Part shown: positions 15,326-25,198 of the stretch, piece after piece
How positions within the stretch are numbered: the stretch's first letter is position 1
How the letters are laid out: every line of letters starts with the position of its first letter
Source: a virus
Taxonomy: Duplodnaviria > Caudoviricetes
Strand: one strand, 5' to 3'
Virus record (IMG/VR): IMGVR_UViG_3300025093_000096
Coordinates: 1 to 27,781 of that record
DNA length: 27,781 nucleotides
Made by a program: the position numbers and the translations under genes
Notes under the pieces: generated by a model
Seen by the model: the letters and a program-made list of their open reading frames with translations, nothing else
Databases searched by the model: none
Told to the model about the DNA's origin: nothing

Positions 15326-18300
15326 ATGGCAAACAAGAAAGTTTTTACTAACCTACAGTTCGAGGGCAACTCCGAGCTACTTAACCCAAAGCTAAACCCA
15401 ACTGGAACCGCCCCAGCTTCAAAGGGGCCGGGGCAAGCCTACTTTGATACGGGAACAGGAGGCACACTAAACCTACAGTTCGCAGCAGCAGGGGCAACTA
15501 ACGATTGGAGAGCAGTTCATACATCTGGTGTTCCGTTCAGCACTAACCAAGTGTTCACCTCCAGCGTGGCTACTGGGACTGCACCGTTTACGATTGCTAG
15601 TGCATCAAAAGTCACTAATTTAAACGCAAACTATCTTGAGGGTTACGACACTTCCACTACAGCAGTAGCCAACAAGATTCCTGTTTACGCCACAAACGGA
15701 ACACTTAGGGTTTCTGACCCACTAACAGGAGATGATGCTGCTAATCGTCGCTATGTAGATTCATCTATTCAAGGGTTAGACCACAAGGAGAGTGTCCGTG
15801 TAGCTACTACCGCAAACATAGCAGTTATTACCCCAACAAATGACATTACTGCTGGCGATACTGTAGACGGAACCACCCTTGTTGCTGGGGATCGCATATT
15901 AGTTAAGAACCAAAACACCGCTTCTCAGAATGGTATATACATTGTTCCCGCTAGTGGCGCACCTAGCAGGGCAGAGGACGATGCTTATGGGCCAAACTTA
16001 CTAGGTACTGCTGGAAACTTTGATTCCGACTCTGATTTAGATTCATGGAGTTCAAATGGCGTTGGCACTATGGCCAGAAACTCCAGCACTAACTATTTAA
16101 AGCTGACCAATCCTTCTGCGGGTGGAAGGGCTAGAGCAAACACTATCGCTTTTGCTACTGAGATAGGTAAGACCTACAAGTTTACTTATGTTAATATAAA
16201 CGATGGAACTACTAATTCTGGCGCAGGCTTTGCTCATCTTGGCACTTCAGCAGGAGGTAGTGACATAAAAGCTAATGTTGGCCCATCTTCAGGTCATACA
16301 TGGCAAGCGACTAGCGAGGTTGTTTACATTCAGTTAGGAGTAAGTTCGGATGCGGCAGACAAGCACACCTCGTTTGATGACATATCTATTACTCAGGTCA
16401 ACCTAACTGAAGGTGCGTTTGTTTTTGTTGAAGAAGGTACTGCTAATGCTAACTCAAGTTGGGTACTTCAAAACGACAGCACAACATGGGTTAAGTTTTC
16501 AGCGGCAGGATTAATTACCGCTGGGGATGGAATATCTAAAGATGGCAACAGCGGAACTTTAAGCGTCAACGTAGCTGCTCCAATTTCTATTGCTAGTGAT
16601 AATGTTACTATTGCTGACGATGCTATTTTGTCTGCTCATATAGCTGATGGACAAATTACTCCAGCACAATTGGTCAACTCTAGTTCATTCACAATGGGCG
16701 GGTTGACGGTGAATAAGGAAGGGGGAAATTATGGTATTATACATGATGCTGGCGATGTGGAAATTGCCACCTATGCTGGGGGGTCGTCTGGTGGGATAGG
16801 AACCAAGTCAAACCACCCATTTGATATTTTATTTAACGGGTCAACAAAGGTACAAATATCTGGAACCACATTCCACAGTAAGCTAACTAATTTTGGCATA
16901 GGCGCAGACGCAAGCTCACCCAGCGGAACCCTGCACGTTTCCACGGCGAGGTATGGGAGTGAGATGGTGACTAATGGAGATTTTGCCAGTTCCTCAGATT
17001 GGACAGGCAGCGACTGGGTAATCGCCAACGGGGTGGCCAGTATTGATGGGAGTCAAACCGGTAGCCGTAAGTTAAGCCAAAACATTGGCTCTTCAGCAGG
17101 GGTGCGATACCGAATTACCTATGAAATTAGCGGATACACGGCTGGATTAGTTAGGTTTGTTTTTGGCAGTTCTGATGGCGGGACTTATCGCAGCGGCAAC
17201 GGAACGTACACAGAGGAGTTTGTCACAACGTCTAGTGGTAATTTTCACATCCAAGCGAATGCTAGTTTTAACGGCTCAATTGACAACGTATCTGTTGTAG
17301 AAGACACCCTCTCCACCTCCGCAAACCTTTCAGTCAACTCTGCCGCCGATGATCTGGTTATAGCGAACAACGATCACGGGGGACTGTCAATTATTACTCC
17401 AGCGGATAAGAAGGGCATAATATTTTTTGGAGACAAGAACGACAATGACCGTGGTGGAATTAAATATGACCATGCCGAAACTAACTCAGTAGCCACCGAT
17501 GAACGGATGGAGTTTTCAGTTAACGGAGACAATAAAGCGTTAACTCTGCACTCTGATCTGTCAGCAAAGTTTGAGGGTGGAGTTGGTATAAACGGAGTTA
17601 TTGCAGGAACTGATGCTGTTTTAAGAATCCGAAACGAAAACGACAGTTCTCATTGGCCTTTGGTTGTTGAGAATGACAACGGCAACAAGAGTTTAATAGT
17701 CAGTCAAACAAGTGCTGGTCATGGAATACTGTTCTTGAGGCAAGATGCTGATGCTTCAAATCATGTACGATTAGATTCGTCTGGAACCTCGTACTTTAAC
17801 GGCGGCAACGTGGCGATTGGTCAGGCATCAGCGTCAAACGCTCTTGACGTTCAAGGCGGAACTACTAATACAGCTATAGTTGCCCGTTCAAGTGATGCTA
17901 AAGCTCAAGTTTCGTTGGTAGATAGTGGGACTACTGGGGTTGGTTCTGTTGTAATTGGAGCAGAAAGCGATGACCTCTTTTTAACCGCTGGTTCTGGAGG
18001 TACTGAAGCATTCCGCATTAAAAGTAACGGCACTCAAGATCACAAATCCAACTCTATAGTAAACTCCGCTACGGTCGCTGGACTCCAAGATGGAGGTGCT
18101 TGCTATGACTTTGATGGGAGTAGTAGTAATATTAATCTTGGAACATCTCTTTTAGCTTCTACATCTGGAACTATATCGGCATGGGTTAAAGCAGACAGTT
18201 TAAACAACAGTACCACAATCCATCAAAATCACACTATTATCAGCAAGGGTGATGTTTATTTCGCTCTGGCGCATGATGAAAATAATAAATTTACGGCATA

Positions 18301-21300
18301 CACATATATAGACAACACGGTAAAAGCTAACCACGGTACTGACGCAGAGCGAGAATTAATCGGAACAACTGCAATATCAACAGGCAAATGGTATCACGTT
18401 GTTTACACATGGAACAAATCGGGAAGTTCAAATGCTACACAAGAACTGTATGTAAACGGAGTTAGTGAGGCTTCTAAAAGTGACAACACAGGGTTAGCGG
18501 TAATGGAACCAGATGGAGATGCTGGAACTGCTTACATAGGTAGAGCAACACAGACTTCTTCACATTGGGACGGCCAAATAAGAGACGTTAAAATCTTCCC
18601 CTCCGCACTAGACGCTGCCGACATTCGCAAACTATATAGCGGCGAGAATCCTAAAAAGAATCTGAATGTTGAGTTGATTACCTCATGGGCTAACGGGTCT
18701 TCTAACGGCTACGACAATTTTGGAACAACGGCTAGTGGCTTAGGCTTAAGTGTACAAGCCGACTCAACAGGAAGCGAAGGTGCAGTCAGTAATTCTATTT
18801 CTGTAGCAAGCGGCGATGTTTATTTAGTGTCGTTTGACCTTACGTTAACAAGCGGAACCGCTCCGACTGTCTCTATTGCGAGCAGTAACTCTGGCTGGGC
18901 AACTGAACGCTCTAACACAGTTGTTTCGGCAGCGGGAACTAACAACATTGTTTTAACAGTAACTACAACAGACACTAATGCTTATTTGCAATTTAGATCG
19001 CTGAACGGACAGGCAGCTTCGTACAGCACAGGCGCAATTAGTCTGACCAAGATTACTACCCTCGTAGATTTCACCCCTCAATCAGCTTCATCGTCCAAAT
19101 GGAGAAACGAGGCTATCCCTTCGCTATATCATGGCACGGTAAACAACGCTACTCTGTCGCAGGGTAATAGCTATTGGAACAATATAAAGCAGTCTGAGAG
19201 GAACGTGTCCATTGGCGTTGGCCTTGAGGATTGGCAGACTAGCAGAACAGCACTTCAGATTGGTGGTAATGGTTCGCTAAACGCCACAGCTTCTCAAGGG
19301 GCGGGAGGACACTTTGATATAGCCCAAAACGCATACATTAATTCTAGTGGTAGTTGGGCGCACATAAACACCGATGAAGCGAGCGTATATAATCAAGTAG
19401 GAGGCAAACATAATTTCAAGGTCAAATCTAGCGGAAATGCTGACTCGGCTATTACATGGACTAATGGTTTAACTGTTGAGAATAACGGGGATATAACTGC
19501 ACATCAAAAGCTCGGCGTTGGGGGTACTGCTTCATCTTGCCAATTAAGAGTCGCTGGCACTTCCGAATTTGAGAACAGCATATTTATAGGAACGCATGAT
19601 GGGCAACGTGGGCTAATTAGTTGGTCTGGCGACTTTGACAGCGGAGTAGGCAGCGCACACGCACACCTTGTAATCGCAGGATCACAAACTATGCTTGGTG
19701 GCTTACTTTTTAAAACTCGCAATAGTTCGGGCGATGTAAGCGCAGGGGTTGTTTCGGCTGACGGAAATTGGGCGATTGGCGGAACAGCGGCGGCACAAAA
19801 ATTACAAGTAGACGGCAATATACAGTTAACTAACACAGCGCAAACTAGCAGTAACTTTTCCACTAACATTCAGTCAATTATATTTGGTGATGAACAAACT
19901 GGGACTAGTGCTAGGCATCAAGCATCTATAAATGCGGTGCGAGAAGCGTGGAATAATTCTCCCTGCAAGCTAACATTTAAAACGTCAGCAGACTTAAATT
20001 CTGCGACCACAAAGCTAGAAATAGCAAGTGACGGCACTCAAGACCACAAATCCAACTCCATCGTTAACAGCGCAACAGTCGCTGGATTGCAAGATGGGGC
20101 TTGCTATGATTTTGATGGGACAGGCGATAAAATAACTATTGCGGACGATGACGTATTTGACTTTGAAGATTTTACTGTCGCTTTGTGGTTGAACGCTAAC
20201 ACATTTAGTAACAACGACAGGATAATAACTAAAGGTTCTACTGGTAACGGCGAATGGATGATTTCTGCTGGCAGTAGTAATAAAATTAGGGTTTATGCAA
20301 AAGATGCCGCTGGGAACGCTAAAGACACAAGTGGTGATTTTTCAGCAATAACTACTAACCAATGGAATTATGTGGTTGTAGTAATTGACCGCACTAACGA
20401 CAAAATCCGATTGAGTCTTAACGGTGGTGCTTTTGAAGACTTTGTTGGAGGCACAGACTGGACGAGCAACTTTGCAAACTCCTCTGGAATACAAATTGGA
20501 ACTAACGGCACAACTCATTTTGACGGCCAAATCCGAGACGTAAAAATCTTCCCCTCCGCACTCACCGCTGGAGAGATTCGCAAACTATATTCTGGTGAGA
20601 ATCCTAAAAAGAATCTTAATGTTGAGCTAATTGCTAACGGTGATTTCTCAGACTCAATAGGTTCAGAATGGGCAGGATCAACCGATGCTACGTTAACTCA
20701 AAACAATGGTCAGTTAACCGTAACCAGTTCTGGTAGCAATTATGGAGCGGCATACGCCCCTATCAGCATCACCGAAGGAAAGCATTATTTGTTAACCTTT
20801 GACATGGTAGACACCAATGCTAATTCGTATATTAGAGTTGGAACAATTGATGCGACAAATAAAACTGGGCCATCACAAGTAAGCTCTAACATTTTAAGTA
20901 ATGCTGTAGTCGCTGACGGTACGACTGTTAGAACATTTTTTGTCGCAAGTAGTAGCCAAGCATCGGACGGCTATTTAGCTTTTGGTGGTCGGAACGACAT
21001 GACCACTTTGGTGCTAGACAATGTTTCCCTAACAGAAGTCGGAACCCTCGTAGATTTTACCCCTCAATCTGCCTCCAGCACTAAATGGAGAAACGAAGCA
21101 CTACTTGGCTTTTATGATGGCACGGTCAACAACGCCACTCTGTCGCAGGGTAATAGCTACTGGAATAATATTAAGCAGGATGGGACAGCGACAACAGTAG
21201 ACGGATCGCTTGAGGTTCAAACTGCTTCTGGCGGTGAACTTAATATTGACCGAAACGGAAATAGTGGAGTTGCGATTCAGCTAAAGAACAACGGTGATAT

Positions 21301-23836
21301 AGCCAGCGGAACACTTAAACTTGCTGGCGGTTCTGGCGTTACATTGTTCACCAACGCTACTGAAGCCCTGTCTACTGCGGGTGGCGATGTAAAGGTCACA
21401 GGCAAGCTCGGCGTTGGGGGTGTTGCTGCTGCTGGGGCTTATTCTATATTATGCCACGGTGGGAGTGTGTTTGAGGACACTATGCGCTTTGGGGATGAAA
21501 ATGGTTCTAAAGGCTTTTTAGGCTGGAACAATATAGACTCATCTCCAGCGCAACCCGGCGCACACAATCACTTTAGAATTGGAGCTAGTAAAAACGCTAC
21601 CAACGCTGGCATTTCATTTATAACCCGTAATGGTGGTGATGTTGATGCTGGGGTAATTACTAGAGAAGGTTATTGGGGAATTGGCAGCACTTCACCGCAA
21701 GTTTTATTTGAAGCTCGCAAGCCCGATGCATCTCACTCAGACGGGTGGTATGGTTCGTTTAACTCCGACTTTGACACGGGCGATTGGCTTGGCTTGCATA
21801 TCGGGTACGGACAAACAACTTCTCAAAATTATAGAAAAACTGGAGTTGCATTTGAGCGAACAGATGGTTCTTACGCTAGGGGAAAGTTGCACATCATTAA
21901 CGATGGGGCTGCCGATAATGCCGCAGCAGTATTGGGTGACTCTGTTCATTCATGGGACTATGATGGCACTCAAGACCACAAGTCCAACCGCATAGTAAAC
22001 AGCCAGACGCTCAACGACTCATGGCGATCTTCGGAACCGAGTTTGCGGTTTGATGGGAGTGATGATTATGTGGACATTACTGGATCATTTGATTTTGGAG
22101 GGGTTAGTAACTTTTCGGTTTCTGTTTGGTTCAATGCCAGCGATATAAGTTCGTATGGTAGATTTTTTTACGACAATCGGCCAAATAATCCGAACAGCTA
22201 CAGAGTTAGTCTTTCTGTTGATCCTAATTCCATTGATGCTTACGTCAGAACTTCGGCTGGAGGTGTTGGTTTTGAGTCCGCTCATAGCACTACAGGGTTT
22301 GTTGTTGGGAAATGGTATCATGTGGTATTAACTTATAACGGTGTAAATCTGAAATTATACCTCAATGGAACAGAGGTAGGGTCTGACGCTCAAACAGGAG
22401 GTATTATTGATACTGGCACAGGAGATTACACGGGAACAGCTATTGGCTGCCGTAAAGATAATAATCAAGATCAATTCTTTAACGGAGAAATAAAAGACGT
22501 TCGGATTCATAACCGTGCGATGGAACCCGATGAAATTAAGGGTCTTTATAATGGGGAGAGTGCGCCTTGGAAGTATGCGGATGCTGGTGTTAATTTGGTT
22601 ACTGGCGGCGACATGGAGGACGCTAGTGATCTGGGAACAGCTTACGGAGCTACATTAACTCAGTCTAATACCGTAGCGCATAGCGGAACATATAGCGCAA
22701 AACTTGTAGACACAGGAGGTTCGTCTGGGAAACTAGCTAAAGCATTCATTGCAGAAGCGGGTAAAACTTACAGGGTATCGGGTTATTACTACCCAACCTC
22801 AGACATGGGCAACGCTAGGTTGCTGATTCAAGACACGGCTACTTGGCCGGGATCGGGCGAAAATCAAATTGCAGACACAGATAGTGGTTCTACGTTTTCC
22901 AACATAAAAGTATCTTATATAACTGCTAACCAATGGAATTACGTAAGCGCAGAATGGACGGCAACGGATACATATAATGGGACGCTCTACGCTAGTTGGT
23001 GTGTTGGTGATAATGCCAATGACACGGGTACTGCTTATTGGGATAATGTAGAAGTAGTACAGATCGGTGAAGTCGCAGCGTACACGCCTCAGTCTATTGG
23101 GGAAACCAGAGACAACGGAACATCTGGCAATGGTAAAAAATGGTACGACACTACTACCAACAATAATGACGGAACTATTACTGGCGCAACGAAGGTAGGG
23201 CGAACCCACTTTGGTAGGTTGGATATTGGAACGGGTGGAGGTAGTTCAGCGTATGACCTAGACGTAGGTGAAACTGGCAAGGGTAAACTGAATCGCATTG
23301 ATTTCTACGACAGCAACCGATATATAGAACGTGATTCTGATGACTTACTTTTTTATTCTCACTATAACGGATTTAGATTTAATTCTGGTTCTGTAAGTAA
23401 CGGCACAAGGTCGGGAGGAACAAGTCTTCAAGTAAATGGCGACAGATCAGTTACAGCAACCTCTGGTTCCAGCACTAACCTCAAACAAGTCGCACGGGGT
23501 TTTACTACCAATTTTATACAGCCCACGGGGAAAGCGTTTACCAGTTTTAGAATAGACCACAATTTAGGCACACAGTTTATTCACGTTTCGGTCATTGAAA
23601 ACTCTGGCAATCAAGAGGTCGTGGAGTGTGCGGTTAGAACGGGTTCATGGACTGAGGGGCAGACAGGTGCAAACATTTCTGACTGCGGATCACCAACTGG
23701 TACTACGGTGACAGGCGTAACTTCTATGGGTACTGAAAATTCAAACGCTTCAACAAAAACCAGATATTGCATGGTTAGTTTCGCTACTGCCCCTGCTGTT
23801 GGGACGAACTATAAAGTAGTGGTTATAGGAATTTAG
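15326..23836 (+). CDS. Giant modular tail fibre / receptor-binding protein (2836 aa) with three LamG-like and five CBM-like domains
   Basis: Fibre motifs DAANRRYVD, SVRVATTANI, GDRILVKNQ, FVFVEEG; LamG motifs FDG..., ISAWVK, KWYHVV.T, GQIRDVKIF/GEIKDVRIHNRA; CBM-like units from NGDF to DNVS; G/S/T/N-rich. Confidence 0.9.
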   Translation: MANKKVFTNLQFEGNSELLNPKLNPTGTAPASKGPGQAYFDTGTGGTLNLQFAAAGATNDWRAVHTSGVPFSTNQVFTSSVATGTAPFTIASASKVTNLNANYLEGYDTSTTAVANKIPVYATNGTLRVSDPLTGDDAANRRYVDSSIQGLDHKESVRVATTANIAVITPTNDITAGDTVDGTTLVAGDRILVKNQNTASQNGIYIVPASGAPSRAEDDAYGPNLLGTAGNFDSDSDLDSWSSNGVGTMARNSSTNYLKLTNPSAGGRARANTIAFATEIGKTYKFTYVNINDGTTNSGAGFAHLGTSAGGSDIKANVGPSSGHTWQATSEVVYIQLGVSSDAADKHTSFDDISITQVNLTEGAFVFVEEGTANANSSWVLQNDSTTWVKFSAAGLITAGDGISKDGNSGTLSVNVAAPISIASDNVTIADDAILSAHIADGQITPAQLVNSSSFTMGGLTVNKEGGNYGIIHDAGDVEIATYAGGSSGGIGTKSNHPFDILFNGSTKVQISGTTFHSKLTNFGIGADASSPSGTLHVSTARYGSEMVTNGDFASSSDWTGSDWVIANGVASIDGSQTGSRKLSQNIGSSAGVRYRITYEISGYTAGLVRFVFGSSDGGTYRSGNGTYTEEFVTTSSGNFHIQANASFNGSIDNVSVVEDTLSTSANLSVNSAADDLVIANNDHGGLSIITPADKKGIIFFGDKNDNDRGGIKYDHAETNSVATDERMEFSVNGDNKALTLHSDLSAKFEGGVGINGVIAGTDAVLRIRNENDSSHWPLVVENDNGNKSLIVSQTSAGHGILFLRQDADASNHVRLDSSGTSYFNGGNVAIGQASASNALDVQGGTTNTAIVARSSDAKAQVSLVDSGTTGVGSVVIGAESDDLFLTAGSGGTEAFRIKSNGTQDHKSNSIVNSATVAGLQDGGACYDFDGSSSNINLGTSLLASTSGTISAWVKADSLNNSTTIHQNHTIISKGDVYFALAHDENNKFTAYTYIDNTVKANHGTDAERELIGTTAISTGKWYHVVYTWNKSGSSNATQELYVNGVSEASKSDNTGLAVMEPDGDAGTAYIGRATQTSSHWDGQIRDVKIFPSALDAADIRKLYSGENPKKNLNVELITSWANGSSNGYDNFGTTASGLGLSVQADSTGSEGAVSNSISVASGDVYLVSFDLTLTSGTAPTVSIASSNSGWATERSNTVVSAAGTNNIVLTVTTTDTNAYLQFRSLNGQAASYSTGAISLTKITTLVDFTPQSASSSKWRNEAIPSLYHGTVNNATLSQGNSYWNNIKQSERNVSIGVGLEDWQTSRTALQIGGNGSLNATASQGAGGHFDIAQNAYINSSGSWAHINTDEASVYNQVGGKHNFKVKSSGNADSAITWTNGLTVENNGDITAHQKLGVGGTASSCQLRVAGTSEFENSIFIGTHDGQRGLISWSGDFDSGVGSAHAHLVIAGSQTMLGGLLFKTRNSSGDVSAGVVSADGNWAIGGTAAAQKLQVDGNIQLTNTAQTSSNFSTNIQSIIFGDEQTGTSARHQASINAVREAWNNSPCKLTFKTSADLNSATTKLEIASDGTQDHKSNSIVNSATVAGLQDGACYDFDGTGDKITIADDDVFDFEDFTVALWLNANTFSNNDRIITKGSTGNGEWMISAGSSNKIRVYAKDAAGNAKDTSGDFSAITTNQWNYVVVVIDRTNDKIRLSLNGGAFEDFVGGTDWTSNFANSSGIQIGTNGTTHFDGQIRDVKIFPSALTAGEIRKLYSGENPKKNLNVELIANGDFSDSIGSEWAGSTDATLTQNNGQLTVTSSGSNYGAAYAPISITEGKHYLLTFDMVDTNANSYIRVGTIDATNKTGPSQVSSNILSNAVVADGTTVRTFFVASSSQASDGYLAFGGRNDMTTLVLDNVSLTEVGTLVDFTPQSASSTKWRNEALLGFYDGTVNNATLSQGNSYWNNIKQDGTATTVDGSLEVQTASGGELNIDRNGNSGVAIQLKNNGDIASGTLKLAGGSGVTLFTNATEALSTAGGDVKVTGKLGVGGVAAAGAYSILCHGGSVFEDTMRFGDENGSKGFLGWNNIDSSPAQPGAHNHFRIGASKNATNAGISFITRNGGDVDAGVITREGYWGIGSTSPQVLFEARKPDASHSDGWYGSFNSDFDTGDWLGLHIGYGQTTSQNYRKTGVAFERTDGSYARGKLHIINDGAADNAAAVLGDSVHSWDYDGTQDHKSNRIVNSQTLNDSWRSSEPSLRFDGSDDYVDITGSFDFGGVSNFSVSVWFNASDISSYGRFFYDNRPNNPNSYRVSLSVDPNSIDAYVRTSAGGVGFESAHSTTGFVVGKWYHVVLTYNGVNLKLYLNGTEVGSDAQTGGIIDTGTGDYTGTAIGCRKDNNQDQFFNGEIKDVRIHNRAMEPDEIKGLYNGESAPWKYADAGVNLVTGGDMEDASDLGTAYGATLTQSNTVAHSGTYSAKLVDTGGSSGKLAKAFIAEAGKTYRVSGYYYPTSDMGNARLLIQDTATWPGSGENQIADTDSGSTFSNIKVSYITANQWNYVSAEWTATDTYNGTLYASWCVGDNANDTGTAYWDNVEVVQIGEVAAYTPQSIGETRDNGTSGNGKKWYDTTTNNNDGTITGATKVGRTHFGRLDIGTGGGSSAYDLDVGETGKGKLNRIDFYDSNRYIERDSDDLLFYSHYNGFRFNSGSVSNGTRSGGTSLQVNGDRSVTATSGSSTNLKQVARGFTTNFIQPTGKAFTSFRIDHNLGTQFIHVSVIENSGNQEVVECAVRTGSWTEGQTGANISDCGSPTGTTVTGVTSMGTENSNASTKTRYCMVSFATAPAVGTNYKVVVIGI
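18029..21178 (+). repeat. Dispersed in-frame repeats marking a ~2-kb module duplication in the fibre gene
   Basis: Block A starts at 18029, 20033 and 21965 (GGCACTCAAGAYCACAA); block B 18569-18673 vs 20522-20626; block C 19058-19192 vs 21044-21178; differences are mostly synonymous. Confidence 0.9.
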
Positions 23837-23837
23837 A

Positions 23838-24731
23838 ATGGCAGGAAAAAAACATTTCGCAGGGATAGATTTTCGTAACTCTAAGATAGCAATAAACGGA
23901 AATACAACTTCGTCTCGCTATTTAGGCACGGATGCAAACGGTGACTTAGAGTGGAAAGTAGCTTCCTCATCTAATTCGCCTACTGGCATGGCTATCACAA
24001 GGAGAGGTACTGCAAGCGCATCTAGTGGGGTCATTGAGGTGACAGGAGGAATTAGCTCCTCTTTCCCTGCTTATAAAATAATAGGCACAGGGATATACGC
24101 TTCGTCTAATCAATTCAGCGCAGGTTCGGGAGGTGATCCTCAATTTCTTAAAGTAACTTTAGGGACTTCATCTGCCTATTTAACTGCTTCAGATTACAAG
24201 TGGCATATGATGATGCAGTACCCAAATTACAATGATACTGACACAGGGGATACCAGCACATCAAATTTTCAGTATACCGATTGGGCTGCTGACGGGGTTG
24301 ATGATGTTGGTGATCCATATTTAAAGTCATTCAGGAATCATAAATTTGATTATACTAATACTAATCCGAGATGGAACACATTCTGGAGGATAGGTAATCT
24401 ATATAATGATGAATACCAAGCGATGAATTTTGAAATGAACCTTTATGGTTTGCAGTCTTTAGGGGAGGCCACGTTTGCAGACTCTAGGGCTTCTTGTAAC
24501 TTTACTTGCAAATCAACAAACAGGGATGCTTGGTTTGAAAGTGGCCATCATCCCGGCACACCTAATAACACTTCTGTAACCACCCCTATGTTTAGTGAGG
24601 TGACTTCTTCTGGAATGTTCTCTGTTGATGATTCGGCAGACATAGACATCACAAGACTTAAATTTGAGGCAGGGTCGGGAACATTATCTGGAGGGACAAT
24701 ATCAGTCTACGACATATCTCATACTAACTAA
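23838..24731 (+). CDS. Tail fibre / spike-associated protein
   Basis: GISSSFPAYKII...ITRLKFEAGSGTLSGGTISVYDI resembles a common phage fibre C-terminal domain; N-terminus MAGKKHF resembles MANKKVF of the giant fibre. Confidence 0.65.
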   Translation: MAGKKHFAGIDFRNSKIAINGNTTSSRYLGTDANGDLEWKVASSSNSPTGMAITRRGTASASSGVIEVTGGISSSFPAYKIIGTGIYASSNQFSAGSGGDPQFLKVTLGTSSAYLTASDYKWHMMMQYPNYNDTDTGDTSTSNFQYTDWAADGVDDVGDPYLKSFRNHKFDYTNTNPRWNTFWRIGNLYNDEYQAMNFEMNLYGLQSLGEATFADSRASCNFTCKSTNRDAWFESGHHPGTPNNTSVTTPMFSEVTSSGMFSVDDSADIDITRLKFEAGSGTLSGGTISVYDISHTN

Positions 24732-25198
24732 TGGAAACGAATTTAGTAGAGCAACTAGCAAACAAGGAGGTCATGGAGGGCGTGGCCAAGAACCTTGTCG
24801 GGGAATACGCATGGCTGCTGGTAGCCGCCGTGGTGATGCTGTTCCTCAAGGACACGGTGATGAATCTAGTGGCGGGTATTGGCGTTTGCTTTGGATCGCA
24901 TTGGCGAGCAGACGAGGTTCTCTACATTAGTGGAAGACAGGCGCGGATAGTTCGCGTTGGGATAAGGTCAACCACGCTATACATGAGTGACAGGAGAACC
25001 AAGATGGTCGTACCCAACGAGAAACTGAAAGACCTAGTGGTAGAAAAATCGCTGCCCAAAAATGGTGGTGAACCATATCTTCCTAAAGGCGGCGATCCTC
25101 AGTTTGTAGGGACGATGGAAATACCCGTAGCCCCTGAGCCACAAAAGGTAGAGATTGTAGATAAACCAAAACGAGGAAGACCAAGGACAAGAAAATGA
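24731..25198 (+). CDS. Minimal MscS-family (small mechanosensitive channel) protein: TM3 plus beta domain only
   Basis: LKDTVMNLVAGIGVCFGSHWRADEVLYISGRQARIVRVGIRSTTLY...MVVPNEKL aligns by eye with E. coli MscS as recalled ([45 protein letters not shown]...IVIPNGKI). Confidence 0.8.
   Translation: METNLVEQLANKEVMEGVAKNLVGEYAWLLVAAVVMLFLKDTVMNLVAGIGVCFGSHWRADEVLYISGRQARIVRVGIRSTTLYMSDRRTKMVVPNEKLKDLVVEKSLPKNGGEPYLPKGGDPQFVGTMEIPVAPEPQKVEIVDKPKRGRPRTRK

Noticed and set aside
18029-21178. Diversity-generating retroelement TR/VR pair in the fibre gene (prompted by the Mtd_N-like motif)
   Set aside because: Differences between repeat copies are mostly synonymous third-position changes rather than adenine-specific, both copies are coding, and no reverse transcriptase is in the window.
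15326-24731. Invertase-driven tail-fibre shufflon
   Set aside because: The repeats are direct and in frame; no inverted cassettes or recombinase gene seen.
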